Program-made: the position numbers and the translations under genes
The notes under the pieces: model-generated
What the model saw: only the letters and a program-made list of their open reading frames with translations
Databases searched by the model: none
Told to the model about the DNA's origin: nothing
Shown here: piece after piece, positions 1 to 14,504 of the stretch
Position numbering within the stretch: the first letter of the stretch is position 1
How the letters are laid out: each line of letters opens with the position of its first letter
NCBI RefSeq assembly: GCF_009914755.1
Contig: NC_060930.1
Strand: one strand, 5' to 3'
Length of the DNA stretch: 64,000 bases
From: the human T2T-CHM13v2.0 reference genome, Homo sapiens

Positions 1-823
1 TTTCAGGATAGCTGAATTTGGAATATGACATTTTGCCAAGTCAGCATCACACTTGCCCATACAACACAGATGTGGATTTTGCAGTTGTTTTGTTTTTAAA
101 ATTGTATATGTCTGTGGTGCTATTGATTAATGTAATATTGCATTAATGTGCTATTACAACACTCTAGGGCATTCATGAGGTCTTTCAGCCAGCAGCAAAG
201 AATTCCCCAAACAAAAGCTTTTAATAAAATACAGATTGCAGGGCAAAGAAAAGTATCAACCGTGAGAATTTATGGATAGCAGAAGTGCTTGAGGAATCAA
301 CTTTTGATGGCCTTGCCAATGGAAATACCGTGTAATTGTTATATTATTTCATTTCCCTCCAAATCATTAAAGATCATCTATATATCTATTCATTTGTTGA
401 ATCTGTGTTTTTAAATGACCAAGGTATTATGACTGTGTTGATCCATGACTTCTCTTTTTCTTATTAAGTTTCCACTTGCTCCAGTGCTTGTATAGACACA
501 CTGTCAGATCCAAAAGGTCAGCGAAGGCTGACACAACCACATGTGTGACATGGCATAAACTGCAGAAATTAAAATTGAATCCGTCACTGTCCATTGTAAT
601 AGCTGGCAGGCAACTTTCCACAATGCAGTGTTGATGTAATTCTGGCATGGAGTCATTCTGGATCTATTTTAAGTAACAACTACTTTTTTCCTTCTCAAGG
701 TAGTTCTTAATCTTTAACCATTACATTTTCTCTATCACAAAAATCTGGAATAATATTTTTCTAAATCAATTAACTGATGTAAAATTTAAGTGAATAAAAA
801 TATCATTGGTATAATATACTCAC

Positions 824-1035
824 CTTTGTAAATATAGGTGCCACTGCCAGCCTGCTAACAGAAAGACAAATCCAACTCCACTCATTTTCAGATTTCAGAG
901 GTTGGTGGTAGTATTTTCAAATATCCATTTGATAAGAGAAGCAGAGGCAGATCTTTGCTTTTTTGGCATATGTCTACCATAGCCTTACAGTGGATTTAAA
1001 GTACAGAAAGTAATAGTTCTTTTAACCCTCTACAA
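824..1035 (-). other. candidate non-coding exon (possible lncRNA); alternative 28-nt micro-exon 824-851
   Basis: Minus-strand donor AAG|GTGAGT at 824/823. Long pyrimidine tract (rc of about 1040-1085) ending in AAG (1036-38) or TAG (1030-32). Second acceptor TTTCTGTTAGCAG at 852-864. No transcript evidence. Confidence 0.3.
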
Positions 1036-1911
1036 CTTGTGAGATCAGAAAGAAAGTAAAAAGATACAAAAACAAAACAAAAAAGCATAGAGGTCTTTAA
1101 TTTAAAGAAAGTTTTTCTGTAACCAAATTTTATGAGTCAGCATTTTTATATCAATAATTTACGGCAATAATTATGAGATCATTAAGTTCAAGCATGCAGA
1201 AACCCATTTCATGGTCTTTGGTAATAGGGCTGATGGAGGCCAACTTAAATGAGCTAGGCCAGTGATTATAATAATATGCCTTCAGAAGTCCAACTAGTGT
1301 TGATGTTTAGAGTGGAGATAAAATAGAAGGCATTTCTCTTATATTTCAGTGCCTTTAGATCTGGACATTTTTTAATGGGCCCTGCAAAGTAAATGCCAAT
1401 TAAGATGTCATAAGTAATATAAATTCAAGAGATATTAAGGTGCTGTCCCTGTATCTATAAGAGTGGTACATGGAGCATGTTGAGGAACAAGTGAGGGGAG
1501 TTGTATCACACCCTCCAAATATCTTCTTTTTGTGAATGCAGTTCTTTTCCCCTCCTTTGCCCCAGTTGCAATGACTTAAGACTTAGATTCCATTCCATGA
1601 GTGTCTTGCTAAAACCACCAGATAGAATACCTTCCATGTCCCAACTATACAGTCCTCTTGTGTTTTTCTGGTGTTTGTATTCCCATAGTTGCAAATAAAA
1701 AGTATATTTTTAGTTTTAGAATTTTCCTTTCCATTAAAAAAAAATCCCTGAAGATTTGTGGCACCACTGTTATTTCTGTTAATGTCATTGCTTCCATAGC
1801 AGCAAGCTAAGACTTTGTAAGAAACTGTGTTTACAGAAAGCAATTATCTAAGTGAACATTATAGCTACATGCAGCAAACTTTCAATTTAGATTTCCCGTA
1901 ACCATTACAAT

Positions 1912-1935
1912 ACACACACACACACACACACACAC
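1912..1935. repeat. (AC)12 microsatellite
   Basis: Direct read of the sequence. Confidence 0.95.
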
Positions 1936-2055
1936 CCCTACTCCTTCCCATTTGTGTCATAAATACAGTGTCATCAGCTATATCCTCATATCCAGGAGCA
2001 AGGTGGAACTAGTTCTTTGGGCTTCCATAGCAGAATGAAAACTCAGGCAACTCAC

Positions 2056-2140
2056 ATTCTTGGTCATAGAAGGTGAGTTCTTCCCTGATCTCAGAATCCA
2101 AATGGTAGTAGAATATAAAATCAATGAGTTTGTGCTGGTC
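2056..2140 (-). other. candidate 85-nt exon
   Basis: Acceptor TTTCTTCATTTCCTTTCTAATTTTTCCTGAAATCTACCCTAAG|G with a CTAAT branch-like motif; donor AAT|GTGAGT. One frame reads DQHKLIDFIFYYHLDSEIREELTFYDQE, which I do not recognise. Confidence 0.3.
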
Positions 2141-3671
2141 CTTAGGGTAGATTTCAGGAAAAATTAGAAAGGAAATGAAGAAAATAAATTGTTGGGTTTT
2201 TTTCACAGTACATTTTGCCAAGCATAAAACATAACATTGACAGACATAATTCATTTTGCCTAAAAGGTTTGTTGCCCTCAGAATTTCAGTCAGTAGAGTC
2301 ATGTCTTTAATTTAGGATATTTCAGAGTTGCTTTACCATCTTCTAGGTGAGAGATTTTAGTGGCCATTCTATGAAGAGATGAAAAGAGATAAAGGGTAAT
2401 TTCTAATTGGCTGTAACTCAGTATGAAATGAGACCAGAATGCCATCTAAAGCGTGCTAAGGAATGCACTGTAGAGGCTTTTGCTTCATGTGAGTAAGACT
2501 GGCCTCCTTGAATGTTCCAGTGTGCCTTGGTGTTACTAATTTTCTCTGACAAAAATGAATTCTGAAATCTTTCTGATGAACACTGCCCATGTCCTATTGC
2601 ACGGGTAAAAGGTAAATAGGAAATAAAATTATCTTTCTATAGTATTTTCAAGCAACACTCTTTATTAAATAATCTAACTTAGCAACTTGTGGCCACAGAA
2701 CTCTGTAGCCATTGGGTAGAAGTACAAGCAAAATAAGAGCCATGGGCCACTTTCTCCCTTCCTGCTGAGAGCTTACATTTGCATGGAGAACACAGCCATG
2801 AATTCAGAATAAAATAAATACATACAAATAAAAGAAGGAAAGTGACACATATGCAGCCAACTCTGTTATATAATCAGGGGCAGGAAGGGTCAGTGATGCT
2901 AGGTCTTGTTAGACTGTCAAGGCTCAATTCTTATGAGACATTTTAAGGAATGGAAGGCTGTAATTTAGTGAGGAGGAAGAATAGCATTTGTCAGATACAT
3001 CCAGCAAAATAGTGGCATCATAAAATCAAGCAACGCTGCAGAAATTAAAAATTAAACTTACCATATTCATACTGCATAAAAGCAACCCCATAAAACTGTC
3101 TAATCTCACACTTCATCCATCAAAAGCCTTTCTAAACCATTTTAGATATTTTCCCCCCAGCTATTCTAAAATTCACTTTCCTTATCTGGAAAATGATCTC
3201 CTAGGATCCTTAAAAAAAATCTCCATTTATAATTCAGGAAAATTGCCACAGCCGACAGAAATGAAGGTGGTGGAGTGCTCAGGGAAGCTGCAGAGAGAAG
3301 CGATTGCTGAGAGGAGATGAAGAAAGATCACCACCCTGGGTCCTGCAGTAGCCAAATGGCAGCATCTAGACATAGAGGACAAGCAGGAGAAAGGCTGAGG
3401 GGTTTTGCCTCTGGAGCCTGATGTATTACTAGCAGGGACCCCTGAGTGTCTCTCTGCACTGGGAAAACTGTTAGTTAACCTAGAAGGTTGGCTGAAGCCA
3501 CCTCACCCCTGCAGTTCCTGCAATAAAGAAAACACAGCCCTTGCTCTGATCCTTTAACAAGAAGCAAATGTATATCGTTGTGATCCATTTACCACGTACT
3601 GAATTTACCAAACATCTATTCTATATAGGTATTGAACAGGATACTAAAATCATGGTCACCCATTATATCAT

Positions 3672-4178
3672 TGTGGTAGGCAGACTCATGTCCCCCAAAG
3701 GAGTCCTAATCCCCGGAACTTGTGAATACGTTATGTTACATGGCAAAGGGGAATTAAGGTTGTAGATGAGATGCAAATTGCTAATGAGCTAACTTTAAGA
3801 TAAGGAGATTATCCTGGATTATCTCAGGGGGCCTATTGTAATCACGAGGGTCCTTTAAATGTGTAAAAGGGAGGCAGAAGAGTCAATGTCAGAGTAATAT
3901 GATGTAAAAAAAACTTCACTGGCCATTGCTGGTTCTGAAGATGGAGGAGGGGGCAATGAACCAAGGAATGTGGACCCACTCTAGATCTGGGAAGTGCAAG
4001 AAAATGGATTCTCCCTTAGAGCTTCCAGAAGGAGCAGAGCCCTGACGGCTCCCTTGTTTTAGCCCAGTGAGACCCATGTCAGACTCCTGACCTTGGAATT
4101 GTGAGATAATAAATATGTATTGTTGTAGGCCCCCAAGTTCATGGTAATTGGTAATAGCAGCCATAGAAAACTAGTACA
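3672..4178 (+). mobile_element. MLT1D-like solo LTR (ERVL-MaLR)
   Basis: TG...CA termini, MLT1 motifs (GTTATGTTACATGGCAAAGGGGAATTAAGG; GCAGCCATAGAAAACTAGTACA), perfect 5-bp TSD ATCAT (3667-71, 4179-83). Confidence 0.9.
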
Positions 4179-4269
4179 ATCATACTGTTGATTTCTTTTG
4201 TAAGAATGTCAGAAATTGCCTTGTTCATTAGCTTGCTTATTTCTTACCATCTCCCTTCACACTCAAGAA

Positions 4270-4765
4270 CGTCTCTTCTAGGAGGGCAAGGCCTTCCTTG
4301 CCTGTCGTGTTCACTGCTGTATCCCACAAGCCAGGAGCAGAGCGTCAAATACACTAGTTGATACAGTTTGGCTGTGTCCCCACCCAAATCTCACCTTGAA
4401 TTGTAGTTCCCATAATCCCCACGTGTCATGGGAGGGACCTGGTGGGAGGTAATTTAATCATGGGGGCAGTTACCCTCATGCTGTTCTTGTGATAGTGAGT
4501 GAGTTCTTTTGAGATCTGACGAGTTTATAAGGGGCTTTTCCCCCTTCTGCTCATTCTTCTCCTCCTGCCACCATGTGAAGAAGGACATGTTTGCTTCCAC
4601 TTCTGCCATGATTGTAAGTTTATTTAGGCCAACCCAGCCATGCTGAATTATGAGTCAAACCTTTTTCCTTTATAAGTTACCCAGTCTTGAGTATGTCTTT
4701 ATTAGCAGCATGAGAATGGACTAATACACTGGTCTTAGTAAATGCTTCTTGAGTGTCAAGTGAAT
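4270..4765 (+). mobile_element. L2 3' end fragment, interrupted by THE1
   Basis: GTTCACTGCTGTATCCC...GTAAATGCTTCTTGAGTG resembles the L2 3' terminus. Confidence 0.55.
4359..4728 (+). mobile_element. THE1 (C/D-like) solo LTR
   Basis: TGATACAGTTTGGCTGTGTCCCCACCCAAATCTCA...GAGAATGGACTAATACA; TSD CTAGT/CTGGT. Confidence 0.92.
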
Positions 4766-5470
4766 AATTGTATACCTAAGGGAATGACCAGAAATCATGA
4801 TTCTCTCCCCAGAGCTTCCACAAGGTAGAAACATAGGAAATAGCAAAGGAAAGATGAAAAGTAGCAAGAGGTCAGGAACCTGAAGGAGTAGTAGATGTAC
4901 AGAACACAGTAAAGTTTCAGAAAATTTGAATTAGAAAACAAAGTGTAAACCCTCTGTGTACTTGAAAGAGCCCTGTGATGCTGAAGAAGGTAACATTGTA
5001 GAAAGGCTGCTTGTATACAGGAAGGAGACTAGTGGGGTCAACCACAGAATACTCAGTTCCTTTCTTAGGTAGACTTACTAAAGTGCCGTAAATCAGTTTT
5101 TGTCAGGAGACAATAAAAAATGAAATTAACCTAGAGAAAATACGTAGAGAGAAACCAACATGGCAGAGAAACTGGGTGGAACATTTATTAAGTCAAATCA
5201 ATATGGCAAAATTGTGTCTTCTGCTATGACTTTCAAGGCCTTTTGACTAAAAATATTAACATACAGCCTTCCACATAGATCACAAAGAAGAAAAGTCTTA
5301 AATTTTTTGAACACCAAAAAGGTAGAAGCCAATGTGTTTTATGAAGTTTTTTCCTCCTAATTTTTTAGGGGGCAGACAGATTTTTAACCCTATCTTTGCT
5401 TGCTTTTGGATGCTTCCCTCATCAACAAAATTTAGTAAGCATTTTGCACATATTAACTTATTTAGTTTTA

Positions 5471-5625
5471 TCTGTGAGGTAGGCACCAGATATCCCTCTC
5501 TATATTGATGGGGAAACTGAGCCTTTGTTAAAGCTAAGTGACTTACCTAAGGTGACAGAGTGAGTGAGTGGTGAAGTATGGATTGAAACCCAGGCAGTTT
5601 GACTCAAGAGTTTACTCTCTTAGCT
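5471..5625 (-). mobile_element. MIR SINE
   Basis: Core GATGGGGAAACTGAG...AAGTGACTTACCTAAGGTGACA...GATTGAAACCCAGGCAGTTTGACTC. Confidence 0.8.
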
Positions 5626-5948
5626 GCTCTTCCACCACCAGACACTGGTGGGCTCTGAGATAAACCAGAAGCACACCAGATCCAGTCGTTTGCTGTGGGA
5701 GATTTATATTCTAGTAGAGGAGGCATATAATAAATAAGAATTGCATTGATGTGTATTGCGGCTGGTGCTATGAAGGAGACATGGACCACAGGATCCTGAG
5801 AGTGAATTCTAGTGTGGGCTAACCCATTTGCAGGAACCACAGAGCCCCACCACATTGCAAATTTCCTAGTTTATACTCTGTACCAAGAGCAAATGAATAT
5901 TTAATGTGAAAATATCCCATAAGTCCTTCATATGTGAACATTAGGTTA

Positions 5949-6596
<648 letters not shown>

Positions 6597-7606
6597 CAAC
6601 CCACCAACAATTCAAATTCCACCTATTCTTGAAGACCAGTTTTAATTGCCTCATGCTTCGAGCCCATTCTTCTCTCCACCTTCTCAAAAACCCACAACTA
6701 CACTATATAGACAGTCTTTAAAGCTCAGCAGATAGCATTTTCTGAAATCAGCCAACCCTTCTTTACCCCAGCCTCCCTGCAGGATGGGAAGGAGCACACA
6801 ATGTGAGGAAATTAATCAGGACTTCAAGCTCCCTCTGCATCACCTGTGGTAGTACAAGATTTGTTTGGGGTTTTCTACCTCACTCTTAGAACAGGGTCTA
6901 AGGCAATGACTTCCAGACACGTTTTAAGCAAGTGACTGACCAGACCATGAATTCCTGAATAGGAATTCCTGTTGGTGAAAATGTCTCATTAATTTATAGT
7001 AGCACTTCATTCAGGCCTTCAAACTGAATCATAAAATGAAAACTCGGTGCCTCAGGGTGCCACACTCTTCAGGAGAGAGGTAAAACGTATGAGTGTAGAA
7101 GAGCTTCGAGTGTGTGTGTCTGTGGGCAGTGAGTCCCTTGAATTTGGCTCCTATTCAGACCAAAACATAGGAGCCTTTTCCTCCTATCAAGTAGCAGCAT
7201 GGTGGGCTGACAAACAGAAAGCAGAGTGAATTTGAAAGGCATATATGCCCAGCATAACATCTCGTCTTCTAAGACAGCAACATAAGATTTCTGATTTTAA
7301 ACCAAGGCAGAGTTAATCTGCAAAGCCTGTGCTTATTGTGAGAGATATGACAGAGGGAGAAAAAAATGGAACCACAATGCAGACATCTCTGGATCAACTT
7401 CTGAAAAAGCATTGTGATCCTCAATCTTAACAAATATCAAAATGGACCCCTAAATAGCCCCTTGAATACTCTGAAGTTGTTCTTAGCGCTTGTGTTTTCT
7501 TTTTGGCAGTAAAATTACAGAGAAAGTGGAAATCGTTTTAATGTGCTAAGGATTTTGATGCAGTATCATTTAAAATATAATTGTATGTGTTTAGTTACAT
7601 TGTTGC

Positions 7607-7750
7607 TTCATTTTATTAATCTACAAATAATTATTGTTAGCTATTAAATGGCAATCACTGTGCCAGATGCTGGATATATAAAGATAAATAAATATCCTGT
7701 TGCTGACTTCAAGGATCTTACCATCGTTGAAGTGAGAAACAGGCAAGGAA
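7607..7750 (-). mobile_element. L2 fragment
   Basis: CACTGTGCCAGATGCTGGATATATAAAGATAAATAA...CTTCAAGGATCTTAC. Confidence 0.6.
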
Positions 7751-7838
7751 GCTGACAATCATGAAGCAGGTTTCTAAGTGCTTTGACTGCACATTGGATA
7801 GTATAATAAATGAGGGGCAGCATCTAACTCAAACATGA

Positions 7839-8206
<368 letters not shown>

Positions 8207-8650
8207 TGGGAAGTTCTTTCTGAGAAGACAACAATCTATGAGAACAAGTTAAAAAATTAAAATTTATTAAATATAGTTCACTTGAGACTTTAATATGTCT
8301 ATTTTGATAATTCTTATGGCTCTCCATATAAATAATGCAAGATGGACTATAATCAAATAGAAAGCTGGAATGCTAGAGAAACAGATCTTTCATGAGTTTC
8401 TGAATAATTGCCACAACACTGAACAAAAGTATAATAAAACATATGCTTGATTTTTCCTATTAAGAGACTTTGCCAAAGCCTAGTAAAATACTCTTGATAA
8501 CTTGCCTCATAAAGTAACAGAAGGGAAATGCCTCCGTGTTTTCCTACATTTAATGCCATCAAGATATGTTACTGCCAAAACATGCAGATAGTCCTGCCTG
8601 GACTGAATTTAGGGTGACCAGTCGAGTCTGGAATGCTCATTGCTCTCAAC

Positions 8651-8818
8651 GTGCAGCAGAAAGAGAACTGGACTTGAGATCAGAAAACCTTAATGCAAGT
8701 CCCACTCTGTCATTCACTCACTGTGACATTTTACACAAGTCATTTAACCTTTCTGAACCTCAGTTACCTCTTCTGTAAGATGGAGCTTCCCAGGATGGCT
8801 ATGAGGATTAAATGAAAT
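8651..8818 (+). mobile_element. MIR SINE
   Basis: CTGTGACATTTTACACAAGTCATTTAACCTTTCTGAACCTCAGTTACCTCTTCTGTAAGATGG. Confidence 0.8.
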
Positions 8819-8974
8819 CTAGGTTATTATTATTAGGCCTCTTTGCTAATTAGCTGTTGGGTGAGTGGATCTTCTTGTGCAACAATACAAGGTCATACTT
8901 TAACCTAAGCACCATTGCAGAATATGTGATGGGGTAAATAGAGGTTTTCTCCCTTGTCTTCCTGCCTTCCCATG

Positions 8975-9525
8975 CCATCCAAATCCTCCTCATTGTGGCC
9001 AGAATTTGATCCTTATGAAACACAGATTAGTCCTATCACTTCTCAGGGAACTCTTCAGTGCCTACTCATCACTGTCTGGATGAAACCCAACATCTTGGTG
9101 CCATGGTCCCTTCTGTTCTGGGTGTGATTTTTACTCACCTTCCTCCCCCTGCACACCTATGCTTCACCAGCCTCTCCATGCCTGTTCTCTCCCTTTCCCC
9201 TCCATGTCTTGGCACCTGCTGCTCCCTCATATTGGAATAGCTGTGCTCCTGTTTCTCCCTACAAACTCATCCCAACTGGTTCTTCAGCATGCACCTCAAA
9301 TTGTAAGCCTTTCCTATGTGCTTTCCATGGTGTACAAATATACCGTGGTGTGGGAAATTTCCCACCCTCAATGGCCATTGTCCATTTACTTGTCTTTCTC
9401 CTTCATTGACCTGGGACTTCTTGGGGGCAGAGATTGGGTTCATTGCACTTCATATCCCTTTGCTTCACTCTCAGCCTGGAACATTGTAGGTGCTCCGTAG
9501 GTCTTGTTGAATTAATGAATTGATC
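8975..9525 (+). mobile_element. L2 3' fragment
   Basis: Ends GCCTGGAACATTGTAGGTGCTCCGTAGGTCTTGTTGAATTAATGAA, the L2 terminus. Confidence 0.65.
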
Positions 9526-9713
9526 AATCACTGACTGATTCATAATTGGCTAATATGCACACCAACTGATTAAACATAAGATAAAATAAATAGTATTTAT
9601 GATGTCAGAATGCAAATTCTTCATTCTTTAAACATTTCCACCCCAAAAGTGGAAAAAGGTATGGATGAGCTGTGAATCCTGATACTCATGAGGTCACTAA
9701 ATAATAGTGTTTT

Positions 9714-10490
9714 TTGGCAAAGACTGGTGCTAGCCTAACTCAGCATCCACTTTCTCCTTTCTCCAGAACAATAGACTCTTATTTTTATCTGGGTATGTGG
9801 CCACCAACAATAAAACACACAAACAAAAAACAGTATTTTCCAGTGCACCTTGCAGATAGATATTGCAAACCACTAAGTTCTGGCAAATAAAATAGAAGTG
9901 GAAGTGTTTTGTGGAACTATCAAGAGGACTGTTTAACGAGAGCTGACTCATCAAGGAGGAGCCCTCCTTCACCAGTGTCTACTTTTTCTCTTTCTTCGGG
10001 CCTGGATTTGAGATATTTAGATATGGCTGCTGAGTCCCAGCAGCACTTTGGACCATGAGATGACCTAGAAGATCCTAGCACCCATGTGCTAGGATATCAA
10101 AGCAAAAAGATGCAATGGGTTGGTTCTCTGATGGCACTATTAATCCTGTAGTCCCAGCCTCTAGACTTCTTTACATAAGAGAGTAATGAATGAACACTCT
10201 AAGGCAGTGGTTAGTAAACCTTTTTTTGTAAAAGGCCAGAAAATAAACATTTTAGGCTTTTTAGTCCATACAGTCTCAGACACAACTCCTCAGCTCTGCT
10301 GTCATAATTCAAAAGCAGCCACAGACAATACATAAACGAATGAGTGACTATGTTAGAATAAAATTTTAATTACAAAAACAGGTGGCTGGCTGGATTTGAT
10401 TCATAGACTGTAGCCTACTGATCCCTGCTCTGAGGCACTGTGATTTTGAGTCCTTGTGATATATATAGCTAAATCTCACCCTAATGAACA
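9714..10490 (+). mobile_element. MLT1J-like solo LTR, interrupted by MER58A
   Basis: TTTTCCAGTGCACCTTGCAG, AAGTTCTGGCAAATAAAATAGAAGTGGAAGT, GATATGGCTGCTGAGTCCCAGCAGCACTTTGGACCATGAG. Confidence 0.7.
10205..10427. mobile_element. MER58A (hAT-Charlie MITE)
   Basis: CAG...CTG termini, TGTAAAAGGCCAGAAAATAAACATTTTAGGCTTT core; 8-bp TSD CTCTAAGG/CTCTGAGG. Confidence 0.9.
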
Positions 10491-11046
10491 CATCTTATTG
10501 GTGAGATGAAACTTTTGATTTGAAGGAGAGAAACTGTCAAGACTCTTGTTTCATTTTAAAAAGGGTTTCCTTCAGTAGACCCTTTCTCCCTTAATTGATC
10601 CTTATTTTATTATACAAAGTTCTGACATTTCTGTTTCCAGACTCTTGATTATTAAGACCGGATGATCGAGGGCTTTTCTAAGTTTCTCAGTTCCATTATG
10701 TTCAGTTTGGAGGATTCCAGCAGAATATAAATGGGACAGTCATCAGGTATATGGACAGGGAGGATGGAGGACAAAAGGCAAGGCCTGTAGGAACTGAATG
10801 AAGAACACCATGCTGAGAACTCCTAAAATGTGTTTGAATTATATGACAAAACTTTCAGGCTGCCTGGATGATAGCTTACTGTACTCTGTTACCAGGGAGA
10901 TTGTACAAGCTGAATTGATGTTTAGCAGCAGGACAAGAGCTACTCTTGGAGATTCTTTTCAGCAGAGACTTTACTTGTTGCTGCTAGGATGTCTTGGCTT
11001 TTCTGGTTTAACTTATCCTGTGAATGCAGAACAACATAGTACAGAT

Positions 11047-11160
11047 CAGGAATGGCAAATTGATTTCTCCTTCCATGCAAACTCCAACTGATGGTTAGTA
11101 CATAGCTGGAACTTTGTATTGAGAGAGATTATGTGGCTGCGTCCAGGTTTTAACTGAAGT
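11047..11160 (+). mobile_element. hAT MITE fragment (MER117-like)
   Basis: CAGGAATGGCAAATTGATTTC...GCAAACTCCAACTGATGGTTAGT resembles the recalled consensus 5' end. Confidence 0.45.
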
Positions 11161-11859
11161 GGTCTACGCTTCCCTACAGTGTCTTCCCCAGCTGCGTGAG
11201 GACAGTGAGGGGAGAGGAGGAATCTCAAACAGGTTGCCTCTCTTGATATAGACTCAAGTGACAAGGAAGCTATTAGGGCACCATCATTTAAATAATCTCT
11301 AATCTGGTTCTTCATTTTACACATGGCTGTAATATTAAGGCTGGGAAATGTAAAATAAGTCACACAGGGTTCTATGACTAGTTAGCAGCAAAACCACTGT
11401 TAGAAAGTCAACAGTAGTATTCTTCATTACACAATACTTGACATATTCAATTGAGAAGTTTTTATACTTTTCATTAATTTTTCATAATTTATTTCTAACA
11501 TAGAATAGAACCAGCTTGTTGGTGTTCCAACAACCAAACTTCTAGAGCTCTTGTTGCTGGCATTTTACCAGCCTGATCCTTCAGACTCCATTTAATTTTG
11601 TGAGCCCCAGTCACCTTCCAATCACTGTGTTTTTTTGTTGTTGTGTTAATGATGTTCAGGGTCAGTTTCTATAGCCTACAATCAAAAACTTGGATTGATA
11701 TGATGGTTGCATAATATTCCAAAGAGTACAGTCATTAAATTGTGATTATAAATTATTGAGGGATGGAAGTCTGCCTTAGTACACCCCACTCATGGTAAGA
11801 TATTCAATTATCATTTGTTGAATTGAATTGAAATTTCTCACCTATTCTAAATATGTATT

Positions 11860-12500
<641 letters not shown>

Positions 12501-13599
12501 AATGAACTCCATAAAGAATGAAGATATTAACTTATACTGACTGTTAATATTGTCCTCACTTGGGGTTTGTTCTTTTATTTAGTTGTGGGATATTTGGGGA
12601 ACATCTTTACTCTCGTTTGAAGAGAATCCTGTTTAACTTCTTCCAAAACCTTGAACTCTGAAAATTTCCAACGTTGTGAAAATGCTTGGGTCACCTGCCC
12701 TAGCTGCCAGCATTAATTAACCAAAGGAAGGCATCTTACCCACTACTGTCAGCTAATCTGGGAAACACTTTAGATACCTTTCCCTACATGCCAGGATCGC
12801 TTTCCATGGTCAAAAATAGAATAAAATATCATATGTTTCCCATCGTTACTGTTCTTTTCCAAATAGGAAATTCGTTGCTATTTAAGCCAAATCTCCAGCC
12901 CAACTTGCTGTCCCTGAAGCAAGGGTTTGACATATCCCTTTACAAATCTTTAGATTTCTTGCTTCCACTAAACCAGCTTCTAATGGTTTAAAGTATCCGG
13001 GTGGTATCCTCCACCACAAAAACTTGAGTGTAGATAGAACATAAACCATTCTTATGATACAAGATGGCGATTCTTAAAAATGGGCGTCACAGCACAAAGG
13101 AAGCCCTTGGCAAAAAGGTAAAAATGAAGGACGCTTCATTCATTCTCAACATTTTGAAAATTGTGTCTTTTATTATCTTCCTGAACCTCTGCTACTTTCT
13201 GACCCCTGATTCCATAGTTTTCTCTTTAACCAATTTTCAGCTTTAGTTTTCCCTCAGGTAACGCAGAGCAATTCAACATTTTTATAATCCTTTCAGAAAT
13301 TGTTGCTTTAATCCTCTTCTCTCAAACCTCACTCCTAGACCCTGGCTGAAACATCTTTTGGTTCTGAGGAAACCTCTGTGAACTGAAAATATACTGAAAA
13401 CTGGTCCTGTATTCGTTGTTCAAAATTAATTAAATAGAAGAGTTACTTTCCAAAATAGCAGAACTCATTAGAGCATCAGAACTCAGATACACACTTATAT
13501 GAAAGGGAACACATACTGGTTGACATAGAGCTGAAGAGTAGCAAATGCCATATCTGTAAAGATCAGAATAAGTGTTCTAATGTAATAAAGCAGATGGGA

Positions 13600-13712
13600 A
13601 ACATTAAATCAGAAGTCAAGAGATGGACCCTAGCCCCAGGTTGCTGCTAATTAGCTAATGACCTTCAGGCTCAGTTTGAGGCTCAGGTTCCTTATCTATA
13701 AAACTGCAGTCA
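13600..13712 (+). mobile_element. MIR fragment (host of FRAM)
   Basis: TGACCTTCAGG...GGCTCAGGTTCCTTATCTATAAAACTG. Confidence 0.5.
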
Positions 13713-13886
13713 GGCCAGGTGTGGTGGTGCATGCCTGTGGTCCCAGCTACTTGGGAGGCTGAGGTGGGAGGATCACTTGAGCCTAAGAGGTCGAGGCTGC
13801 CGTGATCTATGATTGTGCCACTGCACTCTTGCCCGGGTGACAGATTGAGCTCCTATCTCTAAAAACAAAACAAAACAAAACAAAAC
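13713..13886 (+). mobile_element. FRAM/FAM free Alu monomer with (CAAAA)n tail
   Basis: Single right-arm-type monomer starting GGCCAGG; 13-bp TSD AAAACTGCAGTCA/AAAACTGGAGTCA. Confidence 0.88.
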
Positions 13887-14504
13887 AAAACTGGAGTCAA
13901 TTGGTGATTTTCAAGCCTTGGAGTTGTTTTTAGCAACGCAACTCAGTTTTCAAATGAAAAATATAACAAAAGAACAGATGCCTGTAGAACTCCTCTGATT
14001 GGAATAAGGGCCAGTGGCCTAGAATCCCACCCTCTTAACTCTCTCTTCCACTACTCAGGGCTTCAAGAAAGCCTCAGATTATTCATTATCATGATTGTTG
14101 ATACATGAACAGGCCCAGTTTTTTTCCTGTTCTAAAATTCTCTACTCTCCCATGGTTAAAATATAGATTATGCTTTTAGATTGAGTAGGTTAGATTAGCA
14201 GAGTAGCATGGAAAACTTGTCCCTGTGCCCAGGCCTGGGCATTTTGGGGTGTCACCAGACAGGGAAGCCATGACCTCTGTCTGCCTTCACTACACAACGG
14301 CATTGCTATGTCATGGCGTTTTCAGAATGTGAATAATGACCCAACTGTTCTTTTTGCCAGATGCTTCCTTTGTCCTGTGAACTGTGCTGCAGATCCTCCC
14401 ACCTTACCTCGAATTCTCACCACCAACCTCATCTTGAGCTGCTCATGCCAACCCACTTGAGACACACCAATCTAGCTTAGGGGGCAGGGGGCAGGGGGCA
14501 GGTC

